Source: Candidatus Krumholzibacteriia bacterium (GTDB lineage: Bacteria > Krumholzibacteriota > Krumholzibacteriia > LZORAL124-64-63). Taken from it: DNA of 64,000 bases. The stretch spans positions 3,192 to 67,191 of the forward strand of contig JAWKQQ010000022.1 of the NCBI GenBank assembly GCA_041390065.1. The letters run 5' to 3'. Below, piece by piece: positions 54,929-64,000 of the stretch (its first letter is position 1; each line of letters begins with the position of its first letter). The notes beneath the pieces are model-generated. The model did no database searches and was not told the origin of the DNA. It worked only from the letters and a program-made list of their open reading frames with translations. The translations under genes and the position numbers were made by a program.

Positions 54929-56317
54929 CTACTTCCAGTGCTCGGAGATGAACGTGTCCACCTCGGGCAGGCCGCCCTGCATCACGAGGTAGCCGTTGTG
55001 GGGCTCGCGCTCGGTGATCTCGCCGCAGATCGGCGTGAGCATCAGGCGCTTGACCTCGTCGCGGTCGTGGGTCTGGCCCAGCACCCAGCCCAGCTTCACG
55101 TAGGCCACCTCGGGGGTCATGTTGGCGGCCGGCACCACGCCGAGCTCCATGATCTCGCGGCCGGTCTCGTAGACGTACATCTGCACGTAGCCCCACAGGG
55201 TCTGTACGGTCATGTAGACGTGGACGCCGGCCGCGCGGGCGCGGTCCAGCGCCGGGTAGAGGGGCTTGTTCACGTGGCCGAGGCCGGTGCCGGCGATCAC
55301 GATGCCCCGGTAACCGTTGGCCACCAGGCTGTCGATGATGTCGGGCTTCATGTTCGGGTAGTAATAGACCAGCGACACGCGGTCGTCGAAGCAGGCGTTG
55401 AGCTTGACCCTGCGCTCGGGATCGCGTCGGCGGTAGGTCGGGTTGATGGGGGTCACGCCGGAGGGATCGACCTTGGCCAGGGGCACGTCGCTCAGGGTGC
55501 GGAAGGTGCTGCGGTAGCTGCTGTGCATCTTGCGGACGCGGGTGCCGCGATGCAGCAGACCGTACTGGTCGCTCGTGGGGCCGAACATGCAGACCATCAC
55601 CTCGGCGATGTCGCTGGTGGCGGCCGTCCGGGCGGCGTTGATGAGGTTGATGGCGGCGTCCGAGCTGGGCCGGTCGCTGGAGCGCTGGCTGCCCACCATC
55701 ACCACGGGCACGGGCAAGTCCTGCAGCATGAAGGTGAGGGCCGCGGCCGTATGGTGCATGGTGTCGGTGCCGTGACCGACCATGATGCCGTCGACGCCCT
55801 TGTCGATCTCCGCGGCGATGGCCCGCGCCGTGCCCATCCACTGCTCGGGCCCCATGTTCTCGGAGAACACGCCGTAGATCTTCTCCGTCTCCATGTTGCA
55901 GACGTCGGCCAGCTCGGGCACCGAGCCGTAGAGCTCGCCGGGCGAGAAGGCCGGGATGACGGCGCCGGTGCGGTAGTCGAGCCGCGAGGCGATGGTGCCG
56001 CCGGTGCCGAAGAGCTTGACCCGGGGCTTCCCGGGATCGTAGGGGAATTCCTTCTCGGGGATCTTGTAGTTGGCTTCCTTGCGGCCGTGGATGGTGATCC
56101 GCTCGACGGTGTCCGACCGCACGCCGATGTTGTAGCCGGTGTCGAGCTTCAGGACGATGTGCTCGGCGTCGGCGGTCTCGCTGCGGGGCATGACCAGCCC
56201 GGTGAAGTCGCCGCGGGTGGTGTGCAGGGTGGCCTGGCTCCAGACCCGGGCGTTCTCGCGTTGGAGCACGTCGAGGGTGGGAGACCGGTAGCCGGGGAAG
56301 TCGTTCTGCGTGCTCAT
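54929..56317 (-). CDS. gatD: Glu-tRNA(Gln) amidotransferase subunit D (archaeal-type, asparaginase-like)
   Basis: This is the last 462 codons of track ORF 54929..59410, ATG at 56317. KLFGTGGTIASRLDYRTGAV, GIMVGHGTDTMHHTAAAL and VVMVGSQRSSDRPSSDA are present. It overlaps the gatE stop (ATGA). Confidence 0.88.
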   Translation of the reverse strand: MSTQNDFPGYRSPTLDVLQRENARVWSQATLHTTRGDFTGLVMPRSETADAEHIVLKLDTGYNIGVRSDTVERITIHGRKEANYKIPEKEFPYDPGKPRVKLFGTGGTIASRLDYRTGAVIPAFSPGELYGSVPELADVCNMETEKIYGVFSENMGPEQWMGTARAIAAEIDKGVDGIMVGHGTDTMHHTAAALTFMLQDLPVPVVMVGSQRSSDRPSSDAAINLINAARTAATSDIAEVMVCMFGPTSDQYGLLHRGTRVRKMHSSYRSTFRTLSDVPLAKVDPSGVTPINPTYRRRDPERRVKLNACFDDRVSLVYYYPNMKPDIIDSLVANGYRGIVIAGTGLGHVNKPLYPALDRARAAGVHVYMTVQTLWGYVQMYVYETGREIMELGVVPAANMTPEVAYVKLGWVLGQTHDRDEVKRLMLTPICGEITEREPHNGYLVMQGGLPEVDTFISEHWK

Positions 56318-58215
56318 GCGAGGGCCTCCTTCACCCAGCCGCGCACCGTGCGGCCGGGCACCCGGCCGCGCAGGCCGGTCATCACGTGAGCCATCACGAA
56401 CGCCTCGCCATCGGGCCCGGTGCGGGGGCCGTCGGGCACGGTCGTCAGGGCCTGGTCGAACCTGCGTCGGGCGTCGTCCTCGGCGAGCGCCGTGAGCGGC
56501 TCGTCCTCGGCCAGGTAGACGCCCTCGGGCAGCAGCTCGCCGCTCGCCAGACGGCGGCATACCCGGCGCCACCAGTCGCCGGCGGCGGCGAGGCTCGCGG
56601 GTCGGGGGCAGCTGCGGTCCAGCAGCAGGCTGGCCAGCGTGTGCGGGGTCAACGAGCCGCCGATCTCGTCCTGCAGGTCGAGGAACAGGGGGTAGGCGCG
56701 GTGGATGCTCAGGCGCTGCGCCAGGTCGCGGCCCACGCCCAGGTTCTCGAGGCGGCTCCGCCGCTCCCAGGGACGCTCGGGCAGGGTGGCGAAGATGGCC
56801 TCCAGGCGCGCATCGGGGATGCCGATGGGCGGCAGGTCGGTGTCCGGGTACATGCGGTCGGCGCCGGGCAGGATGCGCTCGAAGCCGTTGGTCCCGTCGT
56901 CGAGGGCCTGGCGGGTCTCGCTCGGCACGCCGCCGACGGCGTCGCGGGCGCGGATGACGATTTCCCGCGCGGCGGTCTCGGCATCCTGCCGCCGCCCCCA
57001 GACCACCAGGATCGGCACGGTCGGTTCGACGGCGCAGACGCCGCAGATCTTGTCCCACTCCGCGCCCGAGAACGTATGGGCATCCTGGGTGGAGCAGGCC
57101 ACGTTCGGCAGGTCGTCGATGCAGGCGATGACGCGGATCCGGTCGGAGAACTCCTTGAGCATGGTGGTGCGCGGCTGCGTGGGCGCGGTGACCAGACCCT
57201 CGAAGCCCGGCAGGGGGACGGCCAGCACGGTGGCGCCCTTCTCGACAGCCTTGCTGACGTTGCGGAACTCGGTGCCGCGCACGTTGGGCGTCACGTCGTA
57301 CCAGCGCTCGGGTAGGTCGGCGACGGTGACCCTGCGGCGCTGCAGCTCGCGCTGGATCGCCACCAGGCTCGTCTGGCGCAGGGCCTCGTTGTGCACCAGG
57401 CGGGGAATGTCGCGCAGGCTGGGGACGCCCTTGATCTCGATGCGGGTGCCGCCGGTCACCGACACGTTGACGTCCTGGCGGCCGGCGCCGGGTCCGGTGC
57501 GCACCAGGCCCGACACGCGGGCCAACCAGCGGATCAGCTGGCCCACCTCGGCCACCTCCCAGGGCGTCATCATGTCGGGGTCGGTGACGGTCTCGATGAG
57601 CGGCATGCCCAGGCGGTCGGTGCGGTAGTGGCGCAGGTGGCCGCGGTCGGAGACCTCGCGGCAGCTGTCCTCCTCGATGGAGATCTGCCGGATGCGGATC
57701 GTGCGTCCCTTGTAGGGGATCGCGCCGTCGGTGTCGACGATGGCCGTGCGCTGGAAACCGGTCGGAATGCTGCCGTCGAGGTACTGCTTGCGGGTGATGT
57801 GCACCTCGCTGACGATGTTGCAGCCCAGCAGGCGGGCGATGCCGAAGCTGCGATCGAGGGCCAGGTCGTCGATCTCGAACGGCGGCGCGTCGTCCATCTC
57901 GTAGGTGCAGACGGTCTCGTTGTTCAGCAGGTAGACGATGTCCTTCCTGGTCTTGAACTCCATGAGCGCGGTGCCGTCGTACTCGCCCATCTCCGACAGG
58001 GTGGGCCGCATGTGGCGCAAGACCTCGGCGTGGTGCTCGGTGCTGTAGCGGCCGGCGGGGCAGCGGCAGAAGAGCTTGCGACGGGTGAGCAGCTGCTGGT
58101 GGACCTCGAGGCCGGACATCAGTCCGAGGTCGGCGTAGCCGGCGGCGTCGAGCTCGCCGAACAGGGGCAGGGGCCTCAGCAGCCAGGGCTCGGTGACCGA
58201 GTGGCGAGGGGACAT
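56314..58215 (-). CDS. gatE: Glu-tRNA(Gln) amidotransferase subunit E (archaeal-type GatB paralog with insertion domain)
   Basis: Met46 of track ORF 56314..58350 (633 aa). GLMSGLEVHQQLLTRRKLFCRCP, TYEMDDAPPFE, ITRKQYLDGSIPTGFQRTAIV, DRLGMPLIETVTDPD and GRQDVNVSVTGGTRIEIKGV are present. Its length and its pairing with gatD argue for GatE rather than GatB. Confidence 0.85.
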   Translation of the reverse strand: MSPRHSVTEPWLLRPLPLFGELDAAGYADLGLMSGLEVHQQLLTRRKLFCRCPAGRYSTEHHAEVLRHMRPTLSEMGEYDGTALMEFKTRKDIVYLLNNETVCTYEMDDAPPFEIDDLALDRSFGIARLLGCNIVSEVHITRKQYLDGSIPTGFQRTAIVDTDGAIPYKGRTIRIRQISIEEDSCREVSDRGHLRHYRTDRLGMPLIETVTDPDMMTPWEVAEVGQLIRWLARVSGLVRTGPGAGRQDVNVSVTGGTRIEIKGVPSLRDIPRLVHNEALRQTSLVAIQRELQRRRVTVADLPERWYDVTPNVRGTEFRNVSKAVEKGATVLAVPLPGFEGLVTAPTQPRTTMLKEFSDRIRVIACIDDLPNVACSTQDAHTFSGAEWDKICGVCAVEPTVPILVVWGRRQDAETAAREIVIRARDAVGGVPSETRQALDDGTNGFERILPGADRMYPDTDLPPIGIPDARLEAIFATLPERPWERRSRLENLGVGRDLAQRLSIHRAYPLFLDLQDEIGGSLTPHTLASLLLDRSCPRPASLAAAGDWWRRVCRRLASGELLPEGVYLAEDEPLTALAEDDARRRFDQALTTVPDGPRTGPDGEAFVMAHVMTGLRGRVPGRTVRGWVKEALA

Positions 58216-58358
58216 GGCAACCACCAGGGGCTCGAGGATGGACGGGGCGCCGCGTCGGGGCGGTCGGGAAGCGGGGCAAATATAGGTTTTCGCCGGGAAC
58301 CACGCACGAAAAAACGACTTGCAGGTCATACCGCGGTGATCCGGGAGCAAGCGGGGGG

Positions 58359-58387
58359 TTGCAACCTGCTGAAAATCGCAGTAATCT
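58359..58387 (+). promoter_or_regulatory. Candidate sigma70-type promoter of rex
   Basis: TTGCAA (58359-58364), a 17-nt spacer, then TAATCT (58382-58387), in an AT-rich island. Confidence 0.45.
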
Positions 58388-58406
58388 GTTCAAAATATCA
58401 CAGATT
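58383..58406. promoter_or_regulatory. Rex-box-like palindromic operator
   Basis: AATCTGT-N10-ACAGATT is a perfect 7-bp inverted repeat. The inner TGTTCAAAATATCACA resembles the Rex operator TGTGAA-N4-TTCACA. It overlaps the -10 and the expected transcription start of the rex promoter. Confidence 0.5.
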
Positions 58407-58480
58407 AAAGGTCGGTCAGCGACGGTTCGATCGACCGCGCACGCATGCCGGCGCCCCAACCAGCCGCGGGAGACAGGGTC

Positions 58481-59161
58481 ATGGAACGGACGATCCGCAG
58501 TTGCGATGTGCCCGAAGCCACCATCCAGCGCCTGCCGCTCTACCTCGAGAAGCTCAAGCTGCTGCAGGGGATCGGCGTGGAGGATGTGTCGTCTCGTCAA
58601 CTCGCCGAGTCGTTGGACATCAAGGCCAGCCAGTTGCGGCACGACTTCCACTACTTCGGCGGTTTCAGCCGGCCGGGGCGCCCCTACCGCGTCGCGATCC
58701 TCGTCGATGCGCTCGAGCAGATCATCGGCGTCGATACGCCCGTGCCCACGGTCATCGTCGGCGCCGGCCATCTCGGCCAGGCCCTCGCCAACTATCCGGG
58801 ACTCGAATTGCAGGGCTTTCCGATCCGCGGCATCTTCGACGCGAACCCCAAGCTGCAGGGGCTGGAGATCCGCGGCCAGGCGATCCGCGACCTCGATGAA
58901 CTGGAAACCGTCTGTCGGAAAGAGGGCGTCAAGATCGGCGTGATCACCGTTCCGGCCACCTCGGCCCAGGATGTGGCCAACCGCCTGGTGGCCGCCGGGG
59001 TGACCGGACTGATGAACTTCGCGCCGACGGAACTGAAGGTACCCGCCCACGTTTCCGTGCGGCACGAGCGGCTCTCTGTGGGGTTCATGGCGCTGAGCTT
59101 CAAGGTCAAGTGCGGACAGAGCGCTCGGGCCAAGACCGAGATCGTCACCGACAAGGACTGA
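58481..59161 (+). CDS. rex: Redox-sensing transcriptional repressor Rex
   Basis: Met13 of track ORF 58445..59161. IPEATIQRLPLYLEKLKLL, SSRQLAESLDIKASQLRHDFHYFG and VGAGHLGQALANY are present. Confidence 0.9.
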   Translation: MERTIRSCDVPEATIQRLPLYLEKLKLLQGIGVEDVSSRQLAESLDIKASQLRHDFHYFGGFSRPGRPYRVAILVDALEQIIGVDTPVPTVIVGAGHLGQALANYPGLELQGFPIRGIFDANPKLQGLEIRGQAIRDLDELETVCRKEGVKIGVITVPATSAQDVANRLVAAGVTGLMNFAPTELKVPAHVSVRHERLSVGFMALSFKVKCGQSARAKTEIVTDKD

Positions 59162-59184
59162 GCGGACGGCGGCCCCGCCGCGGT

Positions 59185-59880
59185 TCACCGATGGACCGGG
59201 TAGGCCTCGCCGATCCGGTCCTTCTGCTGCCTGGCGAAGGCCTGCGCGTCGTCGCGCGTCGCGAACCAGCCGATCCAGACCCGGTGGATCATCTCGCCGC
59301 CGCTGGTGTTGGCCGCCCGCACGGTGGCCGCGATGCCCTTGGCGGCCAGGTCGGACACCACCGCGTCGGCGCCGGTCCGGGTGCGGAACGCGCCCACCTG
59401 GACGGCCCACACGCCGGTGGCCGCGGGTTGGACGACCGCCGGCGGCGTTTCGCTCGCCTTCCGGGCGGGTTCGGCAGCGCGCGGCCGGGGTTTCGCGGCC
59501 GGCGGGGTCGTGGCCTGTGGCGTGGCGGCCGCAGGTTCGGAGAGCTTCAGGGGCTGGCGCGACGCGGCCTCGGCGTGTGTGTCGCCGGCCGGTGGTTCGG
59601 GCACGAGGGTGTCTCGCTCGGCGGTGATGTCCACGCTGCCGGATCGCGGGACGGCGTGGTCGGTGCTGTCGGTGGTGACGACCGAATACTGCTCGCCGAT
59701 CCCGGTGGGGACGCCGCCGCCGCGCGGCCAGAACAGGTAACCGCCCCCGACCACCACCACGAGCAGCGCGATCAGCAGGGGTCGCGAAAGCTGGCGCGAG
59801 CCGCTGTCACCGGCTAGACTCTTGCGCCGGCGGGTGGCCGTTCCGGCCGGCTTCGACGCCGGCTCCTTCTTCTCTGCCAT
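59185..59880 (-). CDS. SPOR-domain membrane protein
   Basis: In frame with track ORF 59185..59904; Met9 (MAEKKEP) is the likely start. It has a TM helix, a Pro/Ala-rich linker and a C-terminal WAVQVGAFRTRTGADAVVSDLAAKG...VWIGWFATRDDAQAF. Confidence 0.8.
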   Translation of the reverse strand: MAEKKEPASKPAGTATRRRKSLAGDSGSRQLSRPLLIALLVVVVGGGYLFWPRGGGVPTGIGEQYSVVTTDSTDHAVPRSGSVDITAERDTLVPEPPAGDTHAEAASRQPLKLSEPAAATPQATTPPAAKPRPRAAEPARKASETPPAVVQPAATGVWAVQVGAFRTRTGADAVVSDLAAKGIAATVRAANTSGGEMIHRVWIGWFATRDDAQAFARQQKDRIGEAYPVHR

Positions 59881-59960
59881 GGTCGCCTCCTTGCCTGACC
59901 TCATTATGGCGCGGCGGGCCGCGGGTGCAAGCCCGGGTTTCTTTCCCTGGAGGATGCGAC

Positions 59961-60662
59961 ATGCCTCAGCTGCCAGCCTCGTCGGCGCCCGTCGGCATCC
60001 TGTTCGATCTCGACGGCACGCTGGTCGATTCGCGGGCCGATCTGGCGGCCGCGGCCAACGCCGTCCGCCGGGCCTGGGGGCGGCCGCCGCTGTCCGATCC
60101 GGTCGTGGCCGGCTACGTCGGCGATGGCGCCCGGGCGCTGCTCACGCGAGTCCTGACGCACGTCGATGATCCGGCCTCGCCGCCGGCCTCGCCCGGCGCC
60201 GAGGTTCTCGACCGCGCGTACGAGGTGTTCCGCGAGCACTACGCGGCCCACCTGCTCGACCGGACCGTCCTCTATCCGGGGATCGCCGATCTGCTCGCCG
60301 CGCTGGCCGGCCGCAGCCTGCTGGTGGTGACCAACAAGCCTCGCGAGTTCACCCTGCCCATCCTGGCGGGCCTCGGCGTGCTCGACCGCTTCGCGGCCGT
60401 GGTCGCCGGGGACGACGTCGTGCGGCGAAAGCCGAATCCCGATCACCTGCGCGCCGCCATCGAGGCGGTGGGACTGCCGGTCGGGTCGTGCGTCATGGTG
60501 GGCGACAGCCCCAACGACGTCGTGGCGGCCCGCAAGCTCGGCATGGCCAGCGTGGCGGTGACCTGGGGGCTGGTGGCGGCCGCCACCCTGCGTGCGGCCG
60601 GGCCCGACCAGGTGGCGACGACGGTGCCGGAGCTGGCGGACGCGCTTCAGGCCTCGGCGTGA
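59961..60662 (+). CDS. gph: HAD-family phosphoglycolate phosphatase-like hydrolase
   Basis: Met13 of track ORF 59925..60662. ILFDLDGTLVDS, VVTNKP and MVGDSPNDVVAARKLG are present. Confidence 0.8.
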   Translation: MPQLPASSAPVGILFDLDGTLVDSRADLAAAANAVRRAWGRPPLSDPVVAGYVGDGARALLTRVLTHVDDPASPPASPGAEVLDRAYEVFREHYAAHLLDRTVLYPGIADLLAALAGRSLLVVTNKPREFTLPILAGLGVLDRFAAVVAGDDVVRRKPNPDHLRAAIEAVGLPVGSCVMVGDSPNDVVAARKLGMASVAVTWGLVAAATLRAAGPDQVATTVPELADALQASA

Positions 60663-61141
60663 GCGCGGGCCTGCGCCAGCAGGCGGGTCAACGTCGCGCC
60701 GACGCCGCGGAGGGTGTAGGGATCGTCGACGTCGGGTTCGGTTCCCGGACGCTCGAAATGGGGACGCTCGTCGTTGAGCCGGCCCCATGCCATGTCCACT
60801 TCCCGCACCAGATCCTCCAGCCATCCCATCGCCTCCAGCCGACCCGGCAACCAGACGGCGAGCAGGCTCGCCGGACGGTCGACATGCGCCTCGAGGAGTT
60901 CGGGGGCAGCTTCGAGATGCCGCAGCAGCACCGTACGGAGCGAGGAATCAGGCGCCTCGAGGTGCTGGCGTAGCCACAGGTCGGCCGCCAGCAGGGCGCG
61001 CTGGATCACCGGCGTGGGGCTCGCGCCGCGCAGGTTGTCGCCGCCGTCACGGCCGGCCAGCGCGCCGGCCAGGCCGGTGCGGCGACCCAACCGGGCTTCC
61101 TGCTCGATCCGGCGTTTCTCGTCGTCGGAGAAGTCGGGCAT
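60647..61141 (-). CDS. Hypothetical protein, 164 aa
   Basis: This is the last 164 codons of track ORF 60647..61669 (MPDFSDDEKRRIEQEARLGRR...). The composition is coding-like but no family was recognised. Its 3-prime end overlaps gph by 16 nt (convergent). Confidence 0.5.
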   Translation of the reverse strand: MPDFSDDEKRRIEQEARLGRRTGLAGALAGRDGGDNLRGASPTPVIQRALLAADLWLRQHLEAPDSSLRTVLLRHLEAAPELLEAHVDRPASLLAVWLPGRLEAMGWLEDLVREVDMAWGRLNDERPHFERPGTEPDVDDPYTLRGVGATLTRLLAQARAHAEA

Positions 61142-61151
61142 CGCGGAACGG

Positions 61152-62275
61152 TCAGCGCACCAGGCGGTGCGGGGCGGTCGGGCCGGTCCAGCTGGCGGCT
61201 TCCATGCTCTCGAGGCAGCCCACGTCGAGGGCGCCGATGAGGCCGCAGTCGCTGCCGGCCGACAGGCCGGCGGCCGGCGAGTTGCGCCGCAGGGTGAGGT
61301 CGAGGCCGCGGAAGTCGCAGAACTCGGGATTGGCCACCAGCTCCTCGGGGCGTCGGTTCGCTGTTCAGCAGGGGGCCGTCGTAGTTGTCGTAGAAGAGGT
61401 TGCAGCTGCGCTCGACCGACTGGGCATCGTGCCGGCTCCCTCGAGGTCGCCGCAGAAGATGTTCCGCAGGACGGTGACGTCGTGGTCGGATGTGGCGGCG
61501 GCCAATGACAATGGCCGCTCCGCTGAGGCTCAGGTTGCGGAAGAAGGTGTTGCCCTCGAGGACGACCGGGCCGCCGGCGGTGCGCAGCCCTCCGGCCGCC
61601 AGCCCTCGTTCTCGATGAACAGGCAGCGCTCGACGACCAGCGGCGAGACTGACGCGACGTCGACCGCACCGCAGGCCCTGTCGGCCGTGTTGGCGAAGAA
61701 GGTGCAGCTGCGGAACGTCAGTTCGGCGCTGAACTGGGCGCTCACGGTGCCGCCGTCGCCGGCGGTCCGGTTGCGCTGGAAATGGCAGCTGACGAACTGG
61801 CCCACAGACCCGCGCCGGTCAGGGCGAGGGCGCCACCTCGCGGGCGTGCTGCCGTGGAAGGTGCAGTTGAGGATCCTCGGCCACCGCCGCCGACAGGTGC
61901 GGCCGACCCCTGGTCGGCGTGGGGCTGCCGCGGAACCAGATTCTCGCAGCGGAGGACGGCGGGGCCGATCACCTTGACGATCGCGCGACGGTTCTCGCCG
62001 TCCAGGATCGTGGACTGGTCGGTGGCGAAGCCGACGAGGGTGAGGTTCTTCGTGACGACGACGGTCTCGCGGTAGATTCCGACGCACGCGGATCACGCTG
62101 TTGGAGCGGCCACGGCGACGGCGCCGGAGATGGTCGAGAACGGCGCGCCGCCATCGGCCGCTACCAGCAGTTCCCGCGACCCCGCTCCGGGTGGCGCGGC
62201 CTGGGCTGCCAGCGCCAGCAGCACCCAGCATGCCACGACGGAGGGTCGGAATGCTGATGTCGGGCAACTGTTCAC
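61152..62275 (-). pseudogene. Secreted right-handed beta-helix repeat protein, heavily frame-broken
   Basis: GTG at 62275, then a signal-like FRPSVVACWVLLALAAQAAPPG...LLVAADGGAPFSTISGAVAVAAP. Beta-helix-like pieces are spread over three frames (TVVVTKNLTLVGFATDQSTILDGENRRAIVKV; ILNCTFHG; FVSCHFQRNRTAGDGGTVSA...LTFRSCTFFANTA...VVERCLFIENEG; C-terminus in track ORF 61152..61337). Confidence 0.55.
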
Positions 62276-62294
62276 ACCGTCACGATACACCATA

Positions 62295-64000
62295 TCAACG
62301 CGTCTTGAAGGGCTGTCTTGGGGTGGCGCGAGGCCGTCGAGCAGGGCCTGCTGCTGGTAGCCCGCGGCGGCCGCGAGCTCGATGAGCCGCCCTGCGCACG
62401 CCGCCGCGCCCGCCGCCGTCACGGCGCCCAGCCGAGGCAGCACCCTCGGCGAGCCGCACAGAGGGTGTCCCAGCGCTTCCTTGTGGAAATACCAGATACC
62501 TTCGAACTGGTTGGCATGCAGGAACTTGCGCGCATTCTCGTCGGTGAACACGGCCGCCCAGGCCCGATGCACGCGCGGTCCCAGGAGGCCGCCGTGGCGG
62601 GCCAGCAGATCGGTGGCGGCCAACCACTCGTCCACCGGACGGTCGCCCGTCGACGCGGGCGTCAGGGCCGGGCGGATATGGTCGTGCAGGATATCGAGAT
62701 CATCGCGGTCCAGGCGCCAGCGGTCCGCGTCGAGACCGTCCGTCTCGGCGCCTGGCTCGGGCGCCACCGCGGTCCCCATCGCGGCCGTCAGATGGCGCTG
62801 GGCCCAGACGAGGTAGGCGGCGACGAGTCCGGGCGCCGGCGCGACCTCGTCTGCGGGATCCCGGACCACCGGGCCGGTCGCGGCCGTGGCCGGGTCCGTT
62901 CGGAGCGGTCGGTCCGCCATCAGTTCCTGCAGCTCCTTCCGCAGGTCCGTCGCCGTCGGGCAGGAGGTGGCGGCGGCCGGCCGGGCCACCTGAGCCGCGG
63001 TGCTCAGCACCGCCTGCCACGACGCGCCCAGATCGGCGATCGCGCCGCCGGCCAGAGCCGTCAGGGCGTCCGCCCCGAAGACCTCGGGCAGGCGTGCGAG
63101 CAACGGCGTCAGCTCGCGCTCGCGCTGGGCGCGGCGCAGGGACGGCACCCCGCGTCCGGCGAGATGGTGGTGGAGCGCGCCCCAGCGGCCGTCGTGGTCG
63201 CGCAGCTCACGCCAGTCGAGGAAGGTCTGGTACTGGTAGCCGTGCAGGCTGGCGTGCAGGCCGTTGCGGGCGAGGTCCTCGCCGTTGCGCAGGAACTCCA
63301 GGCCGCTGACCGTCTCGCGGAAGCTGTAGTAGACGCCGGGCGAGGCGTCGAGCCCGAGGGCCTCGACCAGGCTGCGGCGCTCATGCCGCGGGTCGTGGTC
63401 GGCCGGAGCCACGTTGATCGGCGTGCTCGTGTGCAGGTGCCCGCGCGTCCCTTGATAGGCGTTGTTGTAGAGCACGAGGGCGCGCTCGGCGTCGTGGCGG
63501 TTGGTGTAGGCGAACACGTTCTCGTCGACATGGCCGTCGGGAGCGATGAAGTCGTAGAGGGCGAAGTTCTGGGCGCCGGAGAAGAGCGAACGCCGACGCA
63601 TGAGCGGGAACACGTCGCGTTCGTGGCGCCGCACCATGTCCTCGTCGACGGGCTCGTCCCAGTAGGCTCGCTTGTATTCCATGCCGTACTTCTCGGCGAA
63701 CCCCTCGACCTGGCCGTGGCCGACCATGGGCAGCCCGGGCATGGTGACCAGCATGACGGCCACGCCGAAGTACTTGTCGCCCTTGCCGAACTGCTCGACG
63801 GCGGTGCGTTCGTCCGGGTTGTTCATGAAGTTGACGAAGCGCTGCAGGACGGCGGGGCTGAACTCCAGCACGTTCTTGATGGTCTGCCGGTACTTCTGGT
63901 TCTCCTCCATCTTCAGCATGTTCATGAAGGCGCTGTTGTACACCCGGTGCATCCCCAGGGTGCGCACGAAGTAGCCCTCCATGAGCCAGAACGCCTCGGC
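62295..64000 (-). CDS. Alpha-amylase-family (GH13-like) protein, C-terminal part; the N-terminus lies beyond the window end and the 3-prime end is uncertain
   Basis: Track ORF 62093..63982 continues without a stop to position 64000 (AEAFWLMEGYFVRTLGMHRVYNSAFMNMLKMEENQKYRQTIKNVLEF...FVNFMNNPDERTAVEQFGKGDKYFG...PGLPMVGHGQVEGF). No in-frame stop separates it from the next gene. Confidence 0.55.

Noticed and set aside
54929-58215. The whole contig being archaeal, or an archaeal/bacterial chimera, because of gatDE.
   Set aside because: The flanking genes on both sides are bacterial (GH13 with a T9SS-like tail, Rex, SPOR, TonB receptor further away). By eye there is no change in GC content or codon style across the gatDE borders. 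Chimerism still needs read-level confirmation.
54929-59410. A 1493-aa minus-strand ORF that might be read as a giant protein.
   Set aside because: Only its last 462 codons (gatD) are real. The upstream part is an out-of-frame shadow across gatE, the rex promoter region and antisense rex.

Overview
A 64-kb, very GC-rich bacterial chromosomal segment. I read about 55 protein genes, one cobalamin riboswitch and a few promoter, terminator or operator candidates. I saw no rRNA, tRNA, CRISPR array, transposase, integrase or phage gene.

The cell type looks diderm: there is a TonB-dependent receptor, many lipobox signal peptides, and four secreted proteins ending in a FlgD-Ig/T9SS-like C-terminal sorting domain. 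This suggests an FCB-superphylum-like, metagenome-derived organism.

Gene content in order:
- Prolyl oligopeptidase (partial), RluA-type pseudouridine synthase, thioredoxin-like protein, FAD oxidoreductase, thioesterase, PAP2 and GNAT.
- A consolidated pentose-phosphate/glucose-entry operon, tkt-gnd-zwf-pgi-pgl-rpiA-ROK glucokinase, followed by an orphan Cys-rich histidine kinase.
- Two paralogous 129-aa genes bracketing a rhomboid-like/aminoacyl-PG-synthase fusion.
- carA (broken) and carB, yaiI, an MBL hydrolase, citrate synthase, a ferritin-like protein, a Dus3-like dihydrouridine synthase, an SDR and a CHRD protein.
- A B12-riboswitch locus: TonB receptor, beta-propeller surface protein and PduO adenosyltransferase.
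- ECF sigma, anti-sigma and YbjQ.
- A same-strand cluster of DUF1573, rhodanese, MauE/DoxX, a 57-aa ferredoxin, CheY and a circularly permuted CheA-like kinase.
- A K+ channel, cysK-cysE, M1 and M28 peptidases, a TPR lipoprotein and a GH13 amylase.
- bcp (broken), archaeal-type gatE-gatD, rex, a SPOR protein, gph, a broken beta-helix protein and a partial amylase-family gene.

Most interesting observations:
- The permuted CheA and its redox-flavoured operon.
- GatDE in a bacterial context.
- A conserved structured element present once in each 3-prime UTR of two convergent genes.
- The paralog-bracketed rhomboid/aaPG-synthase fusion.

Caveat: several 0.5-3 kb stretches are dense in single-base frame breaks. 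This is most likely consensus error, so pseudogene calls are provisional. Coordinates not taken from the ORF track were counted by hand and may be off by a few bases.
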